From positions 1 to 64,000 of the forward strand of contig RHPI01003753.1 in NCBI GenBank assembly GCA_009103225.1: a DNA stretch of 64,000 bases. The letters run 5' to 3'. Under the pieces are notes generated by a model. It was not told the DNA's origin and made no database searches. It worked only from the letters and a program-made list of their open reading frames with translations. Below, piece after piece: positions 50,610 to 64,000 of the stretch; position 1 is the stretch's first letter; every line of letters begins with the position of its first letter. Made by a program: the position numbers and the translations under genes. The stretch is from Chlorokybus atmophyticus (taxonomy: Eukaryota > Plantae > Mesostigma and Chlorokybus algae).

Positions 50610-53600
50610 GGGGGGGGGGGGCATGTCTATATAGACATTAAATCAAATGGACATGGTAGTAAAATCAAACTTATTCGGTAGTTTGGGTATGTTATCTATG
50701 TGCTTAAAATTGTACATGTTATATTGTGATGTCTTTGGTGCTGCACAAACAGTTCTTGCAAGTATCTGACATGAAATAAAATAGTAGCAAATGTTGCTAT
50801 ATCTTACCGCAAATAATTGCTTACAGCATCCGATCATTCTCATTTTGACTATAGTGTCGGCGGATTATGTTATGTGTTAAGATATCTTTATTACACACAC
50901 AATTATATTAATTGATTATTATGCAATATGTTTGCAATGATTATCAATTGTTGAATACACATTATATATACATATATATGTACATAGTAGTGCATGGTAA
51001 TTTGCTTTATTTAAGTAAACAAACAACTTTCATTTTGTAATACATTTGCATAATGTAAAAATATGAATAAGGTTGATTTTATGCATGAGTACACAGACAA
51101 TGGCGGCATGCATTTAGAGGATAAAAACTTCCAATATGTGTTTGTACAAACATAATACGCGTGTATTACGCTTCACACCTAAAATATGCACAACCATATT
51201 GTATGCACATTATGCATGGGGACACATCTGCACAAAGGCATGCGCAAACGCAGCCCTGTGAAAGCATCCTCCATTAATGCACAATCAAACAATTATTTCG
51301 TGCTTGCAGTAAGATAAATTATCAAAAATCCAAGATATTGCAAGCATTATGTGCATGTGGAGCGTGGTCACACTTTGCGCGATGTGCATACAAAGAGGGA
51401 AGTCATGCTGTTGCACTTTAATGCACTTCAATGCCATTTAAGCATTGACGTATGCCACTGAAGGTGTTCTTGATTACAAACTGTGCATCAAACTATTTGC
51501 GTGCTTAATAAACAGTGAAGCAGGCAGTTTTGATACACAAGCTTTGCAAAGTGCGTGATTGAATCAACGTAGTGAACACGGAGACGTTGTCATTGTCATG
51601 ACAACGTCTTCAAGCCTAAAGAAAGTCCGGCAGACACACTAAGCAATTTGTATGCTTATAAGCTTAAACTTGAGTCACTGCATGTAAGCATTGGCAATGC
51701 GGTACCAAAGTTAACACTGTCGGCGCAGGCAAAGCGGCACCTTTTCGTCGACGCCAAAGTCACGTGTCTCTGCAATGATTGATGCGTACCAGCGGCGTGA
51801 CCGGCACTTTATCGGTCCCTCGCGGTACGAGTGCAGAGGCCAGCAGGGACGAAAGATCTACATGACGCAGATTTTGTCATCGTTGATAGCGACGTGCCCC
51901 CATCATGCTTTGCACGCCCCTCATGATCATTGAGCCAAATCTCGCAATTTCCCGTGCGCTAATGCTTACGGCCTACGTTAGTAGGGTATACTGGGTTGCA
52001 TAATGGTACCAGGTGCCTGTCATAATGTCAAGAGCATGGGCGTCATGACTCATGAATGAAGTCGCCCTTGCTTTGTGGTTGTCATGTGACAGCTTCATGA
52101 TAACACTAGTGCTTTTGTGTGATGGACCACCAGTGTTATCATGGGGCTGTCACATGCTTTGCCCAAGTTGACAAAGTGGTAATTTGTCAACCAAGGCAAA
52201 GCCAAATATATTATATTTTACATACATACGTAAGGTATGTCATATACAATTTTATGACTTTACGCCTGTATGCATGCACCCTATGTACAGATTTTACGAG
52301 TAGCGCTTGTTAAACTTTCAACAAGGCCCATGTGGTCAAACCTCGTTCAACTCAATATTTCCCAATGAATGTGCCTTATTGCCGGTTTGCACACAACATT
52401 CTATGTTGTGTGCACGCGCTCTTGTATTTATAACAAGAGAAGCAGCCTTACTTAAGCCAAGCGACATGCAAGCTTAAAAGCATTTATTTTTGAATATGAT
52501 ATGCATCAGGTGCGGCGCATTATGCAAATATTATTGATGTCGTGCCGGAGTTATCATAAACAATCAACCATGCAATGCAATTATAAAGTGTACAAATACG
52601 ATGTTCTGGGCATGCTACACCAATACAATGATTACTCGACTCATATATAATATGATATATAAAATATGCAACGATATTCAGTGCAGTCGTATACATTCGG
52701 AATATTCGAATCTGCACAGTCAAAATACTTACGTGCGAGATTGGACTCATGTAACTTGTGCATGGGTTTGTTGGACTCATTTAACCTGGAAAAACACGCT
52801 ATTACATGACACGTGTTCACAATTGCTATTACCAACAGTGTAAACGACTTGTAGTTCAACATACCAACAGTGTGAACAACTTACATGAGTCCAACAGTTC
52901 CAACAACGTGTTGCCGCAATCGTAATGTTGAGTCATGTTGCGTGCTTGATGTTTAGGTCGTTTGTCTGTCAGGGCTAGAGTCAAGACCTGATGCCGACAC
53001 TCTCACAGGGGACACGGCATCATGCGAACGGGGCAACTTCGTACCCAGGCGTGACCGGCGTTGCACCCGAGAAAGAACAGAGAGCGCTGGAAAGGTAGCG
53101 CGGTCGCCGGTACAAGCGCAGTCATCGCTGCCGCGCTCCGTTGGGTCGTGGCGCGCCGAGCAAGGCCATCGAGCAGTCGCGTTTCAACGCACGCGCACGC
53201 GATGGCCAGCGTGATGCCCGTGGACCAGTACCACGCATTGAGCATGGTATCTAGTCCTTTATTATTATTTCTTATTGAGTCCACGCGGGCAGAGGGCGTT
53301 TTTTGGCGCCATCCTCCGCTTTATCGCCCCGGCGAACCGGTCAAGATCCGGACATTACCGTGCATGTCGGGCTTCACCACCCAGCAGATATCTGTTGCTG
53401 ATACCCTTGAGAGCCTTGATATCTAAGACCTTCGACCCCGCCCTGTTACGTTTCAGCGTCACGTATCGGACTTCAGCCGGCATGGATGGTGGAGGACTCG
53501 TGCTCTGCTGTGCTATGCTCCGCTCTGTCTTACTGCTGCTGCCGGGTAGTAGGGCTGTAGTGGAGTGCAGGCCGAAGCACTGCCCGTAGTAGGTTTGATC

Positions 53601-54556
53601 TTTTGCCTGGTCGGCATGCATAGGGGCTGGCTAGTTTTATCCATGTGTGCCCCTGTTTGGATGTGTTGAGCCACGATCCTTGTCTGTCTGCATGAGGTAG
53701 TCTTTGCTGCTGCCTTGGACGGTCATTTCGACTCCCCCACTGGTTGCATAGTGATTTCCGCCGCCGCCGCCGCCGCCACCTCTTACGCCTCCTTCTTGAG
53801 GTGGTCTTTCTAGTCACCACCTGCCACTGGTTGGACGGGAGTGTGATTGATACAGGCAGCTGGACCGGCCGACACGAACGCAGGAGAGGAGGCTGCCTAC
53901 ATGGGCTGGACAACAAGTGAGTGCAGTAGTACAGGCGAATTTTGTTGCTTGGTGCTCGTCGTGCTGTGTGCGTCGTGGCTGCGTGCTCCAACGGCGTTCG
54001 ACTAGTCAACAAACGTACTGCAAGCAAGACACTGGTTGCCTGTGAAGCGGCTGTTGGTAGTGGGCCTACTAGTGGCGCAGCGCCAGGTGTGATGTCGCAT
54101 CTTTGAGTGTAGGGAGATCAGGCGCTGACCAATAATGCTGTGGTACAGATCAGCACTAGCACTGGTCACTTGGCAGCTGACTGCATGCAATGCTTACAGC
54201 TGCCAAGCACTTTGCCAAGTTAGCAACAATGTAGATATGCGTGTGGTTGTGTATGTAAGCAGTCCTGTCAAACACTAGTTAATGACAAGTTGTGACTACT
54301 TGCGTCTTGTGAGGTACAGTGTCTGTACACATTATCCTGTCTGCGTCCAATTGCGCCGAGTGCATGCAGTTAGTCAGTTGCTTTTATGATCATGTCTTCA
54401 TGCCATGCACAAACTGCATGGTGAGCAATCTTGTTTGTCTTGGTGTACTTCCAGTGTACAGCTGCACTACTATGTGCACGCAGCCTTTCCCACTAGCTAT
54501 TCCAGTCTCTTGAGTAGCGATAACCAGTAGTGAACGTGGTTTGCACTGCTGCAGAG

Positions 54557-56644
54557 ATGACGCCGGCGATGTGGTCACAAGGCCACGACAGCTGGGCGGG
54601 GTTCCGGCAGCAGCAGGTGGCGCAGACGCGCTTCCTAGCGGACTTCATCACGGAGGACGGCGAGCTTATACACAGGCCGTTCGACCGCGCGGACTCCGTC
54701 GGCAGCGCCTCCAGCTCCAGCCGCAGCAACTCCGAAGACGACACTGAAGCCGAGCTGTGGCTCGGTATACGCGCCGAGGAGCCATCCAAAACTGAGGTTG
54801 AGGAGGATGTCGAGGATATTTGTTGGATTGACGACTTTCAAAAAGACATCAAGCCGGCCGTCAATGTGAAGTACGCCCTCGCGGCCGACATGGCCGCCTT
54901 TCTCCTCGCCGATCCCGCCGTGGCCGCCCGCACAGCTGGCAATTGCAGCACCATCGCCATCCACGATCCCGGGCTGAAGCCGGGGGCCTGCAGGAAGTAC
55001 AGTGCGTCGTTCACGGTGGACAAGTCCCGGGTAGGTGTCTCAGGCGCGTGCCACCTTGCTTTCTTTATTGTTATGACCATTGTTGAATGTTTCTCCCCAC
55101 ACAGGATGTTACTGGAGTCATGTGGTCGCCGACAGCGTTGGCGCTCCTCCAGTATGATGACACCTACACAATCTTTTCCGGTGCTGATGACGGCAGCATA
55201 TGGGTGAGTGCCATTGTTGATATGTTGTAGCAGGGGCACGCACTTTCTGGGCATCTGTAACAACTAAGTAATCTTGTCAGCAATCTTGCCTGATGTCACA
55301 AACCGCTGTCCCTGTTGCAGTGCTGGAAGGAGACGGATGTGGAGTGGACTCGCTTGGTCCCTGCCCAAGACTCGGCTGTCCTCGCGCTTCACATCGAAGG
55401 TGGCGGCCTGTTCTGCGCACTCGCCAACCAGGTCACGCAGGTAACACACACCAAACCAAAACAGGTCATCTTGTCATGCACAACTGTGTGATGCATCCAG
55501 CTGACTGCATACTCTTTTCGATCAGATCTACAAAGTCAAGGGCGGTCGCCTTGTCTTGAGCGCCTCGAACGCCAAGCGCACGGCCAAGGGTGCGGAGTTC
55601 ACGCGCATGCTGGCGAGGTGCGTTAGTGTCAACCACTGGGTCACGTTCGACTGCGACGGCACGGGCAACATTCATGTTCGTGACCTGCTTGAAGCCCGCC
55701 TCTGCGCCATCATCCGCAACCAGGAGAAGGTTGTCTCCCTCGCATGTGATCGTGATCGATTGTACTGCGGGACCTCAGATGGCGCAATCAAGGTAAGTGA
55801 GCTTGGCAAGTGATAAAATTGTTGTATCGCATTTGTGGCACACTCACCCTTGTCATCTTTGCAGGTTAGGGCTATGACGAGCACTTTAACAAGTAGTTAC
55901 CGACATCTTTACACACTGAGGGGTCATACAGGGGCGGTGCGTGCGCTGGCTGCCAAGAACAATCGGCTCTACAGCTCGTCTAGTGACGGGACGCTGCGCA
56001 TGTGGAATCGCAAAAGTCACGTGTGCGAGAATGTTTTCCTCGACCCCGCGTTTGCCAATGCACAGAGCCTCGCAGTCTCTGTCAACCGCATCGTGTGCGG
56101 CAGCCAGAGCCATGCTCTGCAGGTATGCTCATGTGCATGCGTATGTACATGTGTAGGTACATCTGCTGTCGCGCACAGTAGGGCGCATGCTTGTGTTTTG
56201 CCAACATCATCAGGCACAGGCAGAGCCCTTGCATTGTGTGCGTATGCGTGTATGTGCGTGTTACGACTTGTTAGCGCTTTTGGACCTTTGTGCAAGGTCG
56301 GACTGGACTACATACATATAGTCTTTGACATAAATGTCTGTGTTCAGTGCTGGCACCTGCACGAGACTCCAGCGAATAGCTCAGCCACAATGCCCGTGGC
56401 CACAGTGACGAGCATGCTGCCAGAGTGTGATGAGGTTGTGTTGGAGGTCGAGCGCGCGGTCGCCGTCGCAGCAGCAAAGATCCGTGCATTGAGGGACCTC
56501 GAACCAGATGCCATCACGGTGCCAGCAGATGAACTGGATGATGCAAGTGATACCAAGGGTGAAGTTGAGAAGCTCCCGCAGGGCAGGTGGCTTAGGTTTT
56601 CACCAGCAAAGCCTGAAGCACCCGTAGGGCAGCTGGATTCATGA
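54557..56644 (+). CDS. WD40-repeat protein, multi-exon, family unassigned
   Basis: IFSGADDGSI; RLYCGTSDGAIK; TLRGHTGAVRALAAKNNRLYSSSSDGTLRMWN; acidic N-terminal exon; GT-AG junctions. Confidence 0.8.
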
Positions 56645-58198
56645 GTTGGGTACTCCAAGCCTTCTCTCCCTGCACCTCGCCTCTCCTCCTGCACCACCCT
56701 CTCACCCTTTGCCTTGTGTCTTCCTCTTCCCTTTGTGTATACTCCAACTTCACCAACAACAGCCGTTGCATCGGATACACGCACCGATAAGGTCACGTAA
56801 ATGTGCACATCTCAACGTTTGTAATAGGTTTTTTGCCCATAAGTGGTAGCTACTAGTGATTCAGGCAAACATGAGTGAGCAGTAGTAGTGGTATCAGGTT
56901 ATGTGCCTGCTGTAGTAGCGCATATATCATAGCGTCACTACAGGTATAATGTTGCACGGGTTATATAAGTGCACCAAGTGTACAGCCTCGAGATTGTGGA
57001 TACGCTCATACGACATGGACACCCAGGCTGTGCGTATGCATGCACTCACATCTGTGTCGTTGTGCGCATAAACGAAGAGCAACGTGTATGGCATCATAGG
57101 CAACAGCCAACAGGTAGTGAGCATCAGGAATGCAAGTAACCATGTAGCAGTAACCATGCACAAGAGCTGGCCCAAGCCCGAATAGGTGTGGTCGCAACGT
57201 ACAATGGCTCTGCGCAGGTCCATTGCATAGTGTCGGATCGATTGAAAGCTGAGGGTGGACAGGAGGCAAAGCTGCGAACAGCAACAGCAGCAGACAGAAG
57301 TACAACAGCAGCAAGGCACTGTTTGTAGTGATAGTGGCAAGCAGCGGGAAACTCTAGTCTCTCGTTACCAATACAAAATGTGTGTGTGTTTGCGGCTGTG
57401 TGCCAACGCCATGCCTACCACAGTAGCGGCAAATGAAAGAGCAGCCACGCGCTGTATGTGACCATTGTGTTGCAGCACGTTGGAGTACGTCGTTTCTGGA
57501 TCCGTCATATGTATTGCCAAGGTTGCCATTGGCAACACCGCCCGCTTGTGATGGTTGTTGTGTTGTGTATGAGCGCGTGTTCATGCATGGCATGCACTCT
57601 TCTGCTTCATACGAAGTGATCTCACGTCATACAATCAAACAAAAGGCAATACCAATTCACCTCAATACCAACAGCTGGTGGACCCTAGGTGGGTGGGTGG
57701 GTGGGGGGCGGGGGGGTATCCTACAGGACTGCTGATAGACTTGAACGCTAAGCGTGTAAAGCAATCAGGCAGTGCCGGGGATGCCTACTCCGTGCTTGCT
57801 TGTGCTTGGTGTCCATGCTGCTTGAGGGTCTAGGTCTAGTAGTCGCTTGGTACCGTTAGTTGTATCAGACTCTGCTTGACCCCCACGTAGTCTCATGCGT
57901 GTATGCTTGTGCGTGACTTGGTTGGACAGTTTGCACGCTTGCACATTGTATCGTACTTGAGAGTTTGCTTTTGCAACTATGTGTTATGCAGTGGGTCAGT
58001 GCGCGTGCGTGCACTCACCGCCCAGCACACGCCCTCACACGCAGGCTACTGGCGCGCAGCCGCATGTCGTACCTTCCCTCATCGTGGCTCGAACTCGTTG
58101 TAAACCACCTTGTCATGCATGTCCGTATGCTATTGTACACCATGAGACCATGTCATGCTATCTCATGCACTGCCTCTCATCACATGGTAGACACACAT

Positions 58199-58615
58199 AG
58201 TGAAGGATGCGTGTCCCCTTGCGTGGGCTCAACGGTGGTATATAAGGCTTTGCTAGCTTGTTTCCTAGTTTGGTTGGATGCAAGTGAAGGATGCGTGTCC
58301 CCTTGCAAAAGGTAGGCAAGATGACCACAACTTGCAATCAGCCGTTCACTCGTGTAGAGCAGTCCAAACTCAATCCTCACTCAATGTACATGCTAAGGCA
58401 GCCCATACGGTGCATCAAGGTCGCAACAGTGACACACACCCCTTCATGCACAGCAACGAACACGTGCACACACATCATACATGCAAGCATGTGCACAAGC
58501 ATCCGCTCAGCCAAGAACCTTCCCAAAGGTGTTGCTTGCACTCCAGTAGGCTAACTTGCATCCAACCAAACTAGGAAACAAGCTAGCAAAGCCTTATATA
58601 CCACCGTTGAGCCCA
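58199..58615. repeat. 62-bp perfect inverted repeat (58224-58285 / 58554-58615); left arm flanked by a 24-bp direct repeat (58199-58222, 58283-58306)
   Basis: Base-by-base reverse-complement match; AGTGAAGGATGCGTGTCCCCTTGC on both sides of the left arm. Confidence 0.92.
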
Positions 58616-59431
58616 AGCCCAACCAACTCTCCAACTACCCTAACCGTCAGTTTGCACCAGCATAGTGACAGTCATGATGGCGTTGATAAGTAATGGTACA
58701 CGGTTAGGAAAGGCTTATCTAAGCCTATCCTCTTAAGTACAATTCAAGACGCATCTTTTGACGCCAACCCACGGACAAACCGCCACTTCAACTATAAGTT
58801 ATGGCTTCTCGAAGTCACAACTCCAAAACAGCTGCGCGGGATACTATAATGACTCAAATATGGTGTCAGCTCGGTATCTGACTGTAGATACGCCTCGAAC
58901 ACACCTCCCTCACGTCCATGAGGACCCAAACATGAGTTCCCAACAAAAACCCAACACATAAACCCTGTAAAATGGCTACGAGAGCCGAAATCCCAAGGTC
59001 CATCCATGCCGCCAGCCCCGAGGGCACCATGCACACGACACTACATGCTCGCGCATGACACGCACCAACCCCTTGCGCTGCTCACCCACTATTTGACCGC
59101 TGCTCACCCACCCACCTTCCCTGCCTCTGTCCAGCTGCTTGCACACACTTACCTCGCAGCCCCTCAAGTCCGGTGCAATGGCAGTCTTATGGCCTTCAGA
59201 TTTGCAACACGCAACTCGCACATGCATGCGCACACACTGCTTTGTTCTGTGATGTTGTGCACCAGATCGTGTGTACAGGAGTTGTACTGCAGTTGTACCA
59301 CGCTACACAAAGTTGCTTGGCAAGAGAATGCCACATATACAGTCAGTACCAGCCACACGAAAGAGAACCTCCCAACAATTTCGTCCTAGCCAATTGGGCC
59401 GCTTTCCACAATACCTCTTTACACCAACTAA

Positions 59432-62400
59432 TCAGTTGGCAATCCACTGCTCGTCAATGACCTGAAAAGGCGGTTGCGACGTGCGATCGAGCCGCTTGTA
59501 AGTGAATATGGAACCGTCTTCGCCCAACTCGATCACGCGCGCACGCCGCTCCCAACCGGGCCGGCCGTAGCCGTTGTACCCCACACCACCTGCACACAGA
59601 TGTGGGTATGTGTTTGTTGACTCTCAAGTGTTCCTCATAGTCGGTGTGACGTGTTTGTGAGTAATGTACTACCTGCGTAGCAAAGTGAGATGCCATGTCT
59701 CTCTGCGCAAAAATCGTTCACGTGGTCGTGCCCGCAATTGACCATCTTCACGCTGCCGCCCTCCGCCATCGCCTGGAAGAGCCCGCAATCGCCTCGCGGG
59801 CTACACGTACGCTCCTGGTTGTGAGAGAATACACTCGTTGTGACAAGTTCACTCCAATGGCACATGTGCACACATGCGCACACGCACAGGCTCTTGCACG
59901 CATACAAGCACACGCAAGCACGCGCATATGGACACACCCACGAAGCTCTCGTGCGATGCGTGCCTGAACACGCACATATGCATGTGCGTGTTCGCACGCG
60001 TACGTGCGCACATGCACCATTCGACACATGCACCCACCTCACCCACCCACCCACATACACACCCACTCACCGTGTAACTCCCCGTGCACTGTCTCCCTTT
60101 CCCTTCCATCTCCATGTCCGCCAGCAGTTCTCCCGTGGCTCCTCCTCCCCCCCCCTCCCCACCGAGTGCGCACCGCTCCCCCGCTTGCGCGTACTCCGGC
60201 AGCGGGATGTGGACGAACGCGATGGAGGGGACGGGAGAGGGGAGGGAGGAGGACACGGAACGGAACCATTGCACCTGGTCTGAGGGAGGGATAAGAGACA
60301 TGTTGAGATTGGTTGGATACACGAGGTCAGAGTGTTGGCTGGTGTATGTGTGCAACCCACCACCACAGCATGGTGGTGGGTGGGGGTGAGTGGCACGTAC
60401 ACACGTCAAGGTATGAGCACACGTGCGTTGTTCATCAGTGCGTGTACACGTCGTATGTAGTGTTATGCATATGTGCGTTGTACGTATGTGTACTATGCAC
60501 AGCGTATGTATAACTATCTGTGTCTCGGTGTGTGCATGTATGTGTACCTGTGCGTGCGTGCACCTGCACGAGTATGGGTGCATAGATGGGTGCACAAGCA
60601 ACCACTGTTTGATAATCTGTGTGCTTAAAAGACAATCCGTTGCACTCTCACCTGCGAGGACGTACGAGTAGTCTTCTCTGTCCCAGTCATACGCTCCCGA
60701 GTCCAGAAAATAGAGCGCCCACGCAATATCCCCACCACCGCTATTAACACTACGGCTATCGTCAACCCTACTGCTGCCCACTTCATCGCTCGCTGTGCGC
60801 GCGGACACGGTGTACGCGTAGTTGCCCACGCGGCCCGTCGATGAAACCAACCAATCGGGGCCCGCGTGCGACAGCGAGTGCGGAGACTCCACATCCACCT
60901 GTGATAGGGATGACCATGATGCTCACTGATGGTTGGTGTAGTGCACCGTTGCACATGCCCACATACATTGCGCACTTACCTCCATGAGTTGGGCTCTGGT
61001 GAGTGAGCCCTCGGCGTCGTGGTTGCCGAATATGAGCGCGTAAGGGATGGACCTCTCCTCCATGGGCTTCCTCACCTCCCTCATGTTGCCTGTACACACA
61101 AGTTTGACAACCAAATGCGACGAGACAACAACTTGCAACTCGAGTATTGACTCAAACTGACTGAGTGAGTGAGTGATGAACCCAACCTCACCTGCTGGGT
61201 CGCGTGACGTGCTCCCATGTATGTTGTCCCCGCTCATGACGACGAGGTCCGGCCGCTCGATGTCGAGCACCGCGCGCATGAAGTCCGTGGTGTTGAGGTC
61301 CGTGCACGGCCCCAGCGACGACCACGGCTCCGCCACATCCCTGCACAACCACCACTCAATACCTTGGAGGACACGTACTTGAAAAGGTTTGCCACACACA
61401 AGCACACGCACACTTGTACGCAAGCCCCACGTCTCCAACCTGCAGGGCGTGTCTCTCCCGTTGGCGAAGTGCAGGTCCGAGAACTGAACGATGCGGAAGC
61501 GCGGGGCGGAGAAGGCGAGACGCGCGTGGGGTTGCGGCGGCAACGCTGCGGCAGAGCTGGTCGATAATGCGCACACGATGTCCGGGGTCTGAGGTGAAAC
61601 AGCAGAGGGAGGGTGAGGAGCGTTGTGTTGCCGTGTTGTGACATGGAGAAGGAGCATTACGGGGGATTCGTGTGTGTTGAATGAGAAAAGAGTAAGTAGA
61701 AAGAGAGCGGTGAGCGAAGCTTGCCGGGTGACGGGAGGAGGGTGTGTGTGTGGTAAACATGTGTGTATGTGTGCGTGAGCATGAGCGCGCAAGTGTTCAT
61801 GTGTGTGTACGGGCACATGTGCGTGTAACTGTAAGTGTAGATGTTTGTATGTGCGTGTGCAAATGAGTGCGCACACAGCTGCATGCGCATGTGCGCTTGT
61901 GTGCCACGCACAATACATGTGCATGGCTGGCAAAGCACGCATGAATGGGCGTGTATGCTTGTGAATGCGTGTACGCGTTGGCGGGCGCGTACATGTGACG
62001 GCGCATGGGCGGGAGGGCGGGGCGGGAATGCATCTGTGCACAAATGTATGCATGTAGGTTTGCATGCACGTCCACTTTTGGTAAACAGCTGCGCATTCAG
62101 CCTGGGTGCTGCCCAACTATGCTGCACGCACTCACTGGGTACTCTCCCAACCCTGAAGATTCCATAGTAGATCTCCATGCTTCTGCTTCTAGCCTGATTG
62201 ACCCGCACACAAACACCTTGAGAGCACTCAAACTCTTCACATGCACGCAGTGCATGGACACATAGACGTATACAATGGGCTCACCAGCAGTCCACCTCGC
62301 CAGACCAGGGTGGAAGAGGCCAAGGCGGCAACGAGGAGGGCGGCGACGGCGGCGAGGAGGAGGAGGGAGACGCACCGCCGCCGCCACCGCCGCCGCCTCA

Positions 62401-62554
62401 GCAGCAACCCTTCGTGTAGAAGCTCGCCGCCGCCGCCGCCGCCGCCTGCTCCCCCCTCCTCATCGTCATCCACCCCCCCGCGCCCACCAGCGACGAGCAC
62501 CTCCTCCTCCGCCGCCTTGTCCTCCTCCCTCTTGCCGCCCTCCTCGCGCCTCAT
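59432..62554 (-). CDS. Calcineurin-like metallophosphoesterase, plant PAP14/28/29 / fungal DCR2 type, with N-terminal TM anchor
   Basis: FRIVQFSDLHF; ERPDLVVMSGDNI; IPYALIFGNHDAEG; LYFLDSG; AFVHIPLPEY; NCGHDHVNDFC; GYNGYGRPGWERRARVIEL. Confidence 0.93.
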
Positions 62555-63284
62555 CAAACCAAAGCCCGTGGCCAACCCTGGCCTGGCCCGGCCTGGCTTG
62601 GCCTAGCCTAGTGGCAGCACCTTCCCCTACCAGGCCGGTGGGTGCGCTCTCTCAACCTGGACACCGGCTGGCCTGGCCTGGTAGCCTGGCCCGGTAGCCT
62701 GGCCTGACATGAGCCTAAGAGCGACTATGGCCTACGACTGCAGAGTAGCCTGGTCCAGGTCACAGTCACGCGTATCGGAGCGTGAGCTTGGAGTGGTGGA
62801 CAGCGTACGTACTTGTACGCGCTGCTCTCAGCAGGCCATATCCGCCACAACTGCAAACTTCGCCCCCGCATGGATGGACATCGCATGTATATATATACTT
62901 CAACATGAGGACGTATACTCTCGTTCTCATTTGTCCAAACGTGCGTATGCACTCGTGACGCGTACCACCCACACCGAGCACTCGCACGCACGCACGCACA
63001 GGAGGGCGCGCAAGACGGAAACGACAAGAAAAGTTGCGGTCGAGTGATTGTTGTCGCAGACAGTGTAGCGTACGCAGGCGTCCACGTGCACGGATTTGTT
63101 TGAAACACACCGCCTGCTGGCTGAATGGTGTACGTGGCGTGTTGCTATGCATCTATTTGTTTGCAGTCCGCAGTTGAGCTAAGGTGACTGCCCAAACATT
63201 CGTGCAGTGTCCCGCATACGTCTGATTGAGGGCAATGTCTGCCTTTGTGTATGTACGCATATGCAGAAGTTGCTACCATAATGA

Positions 63285-63924
63285 TCACCGATGAGTATCA
63301 GTGTCAGGGTCATTGGGCATCAATGTTGCCTGTCCTCGCATTCTCATGAAAGGAGATAACAGCCTCATGCTCCTCATCTTTCGTTGCTGCGCACGCTGAT
63401 GGTGTTCTTCCATCACACGCCAGTGCGGCGACAGCCACATTGCAGCCTCCAGCTCACAAGCTTCACGCGGTTGAGATACAAGTGCCTCTATACGGGAAAC
63501 AAGATGATGATCAGCATGCCTGTGTGCGTGAATTTGCATGTGCATGCATTCGCGTGTGCATATGCCTACATATGCCTGCCTGTACATGTATGCGCGTTCG
63601 CAAGTGAGTGTGTGTGCTCGACACACAGGCTGTGCACTCTGTCATCAGACAGGCTGGCCAGCTTACTACCAACACTGGTTCCAGCAGCAGCTGCAGCTGT
63701 CCATACCAGTGCTGGTGCGGCAGGCTTGTTGCTGCGCTTGTTGTCGTGCGAGTCCCTTGCGTGGTGGGTGCTCTGTGCATCCCTGCGCCACCCTCCGTTC
63801 TGTCACCAGCGCCGACTCCATTGATGTTGTTGTTGCTTGTGTGTCTATCACTCCTCCTCCTCCACGTCGCAACATCGCAGCAGCAGCTCACTTCAGAAGG
63901 GCGGACACACGCCCATACGCACAA
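63285..63924 (-). CDS. Probable 3' exons of a hypothetical gene continuing beyond the window
   Basis: Coding-like segments WYGQLQLLLEPVLV| and SRIEALVSQPREACELEAAMWLSPHW...DTHR* separated by a CA-rich intron-like tract. Confidence 0.35.
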
Positions 63925-64000
63925 ACAAACCGCAGGTAGCTAGGCAGAGGTGACTGTAGGCAAATGCATGCATTCACACCGCTCTCACACACTACCATTG

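Noticed and set aside
51711-51722. TTAACACTGTC shared with 8799-8809, as a possible common transposon end
   Set aside because: Only 11 nt match and no matching opposite end was found.
58224-58615. Mutator/foldback MITE with 62-bp TIRs
   Set aside because: No TSD flanks the pair; the duplication surrounds only the left arm.
59849-62116. 349-aa and 397-aa ORFs as single-exon genes
   Set aside because: They are phosphatase exons read through CA/TG-rich introns that happen to lack stops.

Overview
This is the left end of a eukaryotic chromosome with (CCCTAA)n telomere at 1-90, GC-rich exons and many GT-AG introns rich in CA/TG repeats. A green-lineage alga is inferred from the gene set and telo-boxes; the species cannot be determined. 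The first ~9 kb is an intronless, decayed accessory segment. It holds three apparently identical 1,064-bp tandem units, each with a broken giant-virus-like RNase III N-terminal half. It also holds a membrane-anchored multi-B-lectin pseudogene interrupted by a TA-flanked MITE and by a complete 532-bp TRIM. It ends with a Fanzor1 (eukaryotic TnpB-like RNA-guided nuclease) remnant that keeps all three RuvC acidic residues and is followed by a candidate omegaRNA fold. The rest is mostly intron-rich host genes: a Pro-rich multi-TM protein, a decayed PKD-like repeat gene, an F-box protein, UTP12/WDR3, CRIPT, an At4g28440-like OB-fold protein, WDR54-like, a GH79 glycosidase, a WD40 protein and a PAP28/29-like phosphatase. 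These are interspersed with a ~120-bp satellite, a second MITE copy, an L1/Tx1 fragment, several hairpins, a templated inverted insertion and two assembly gaps. All family assignments come from motif recognition by eye; no searches were run.
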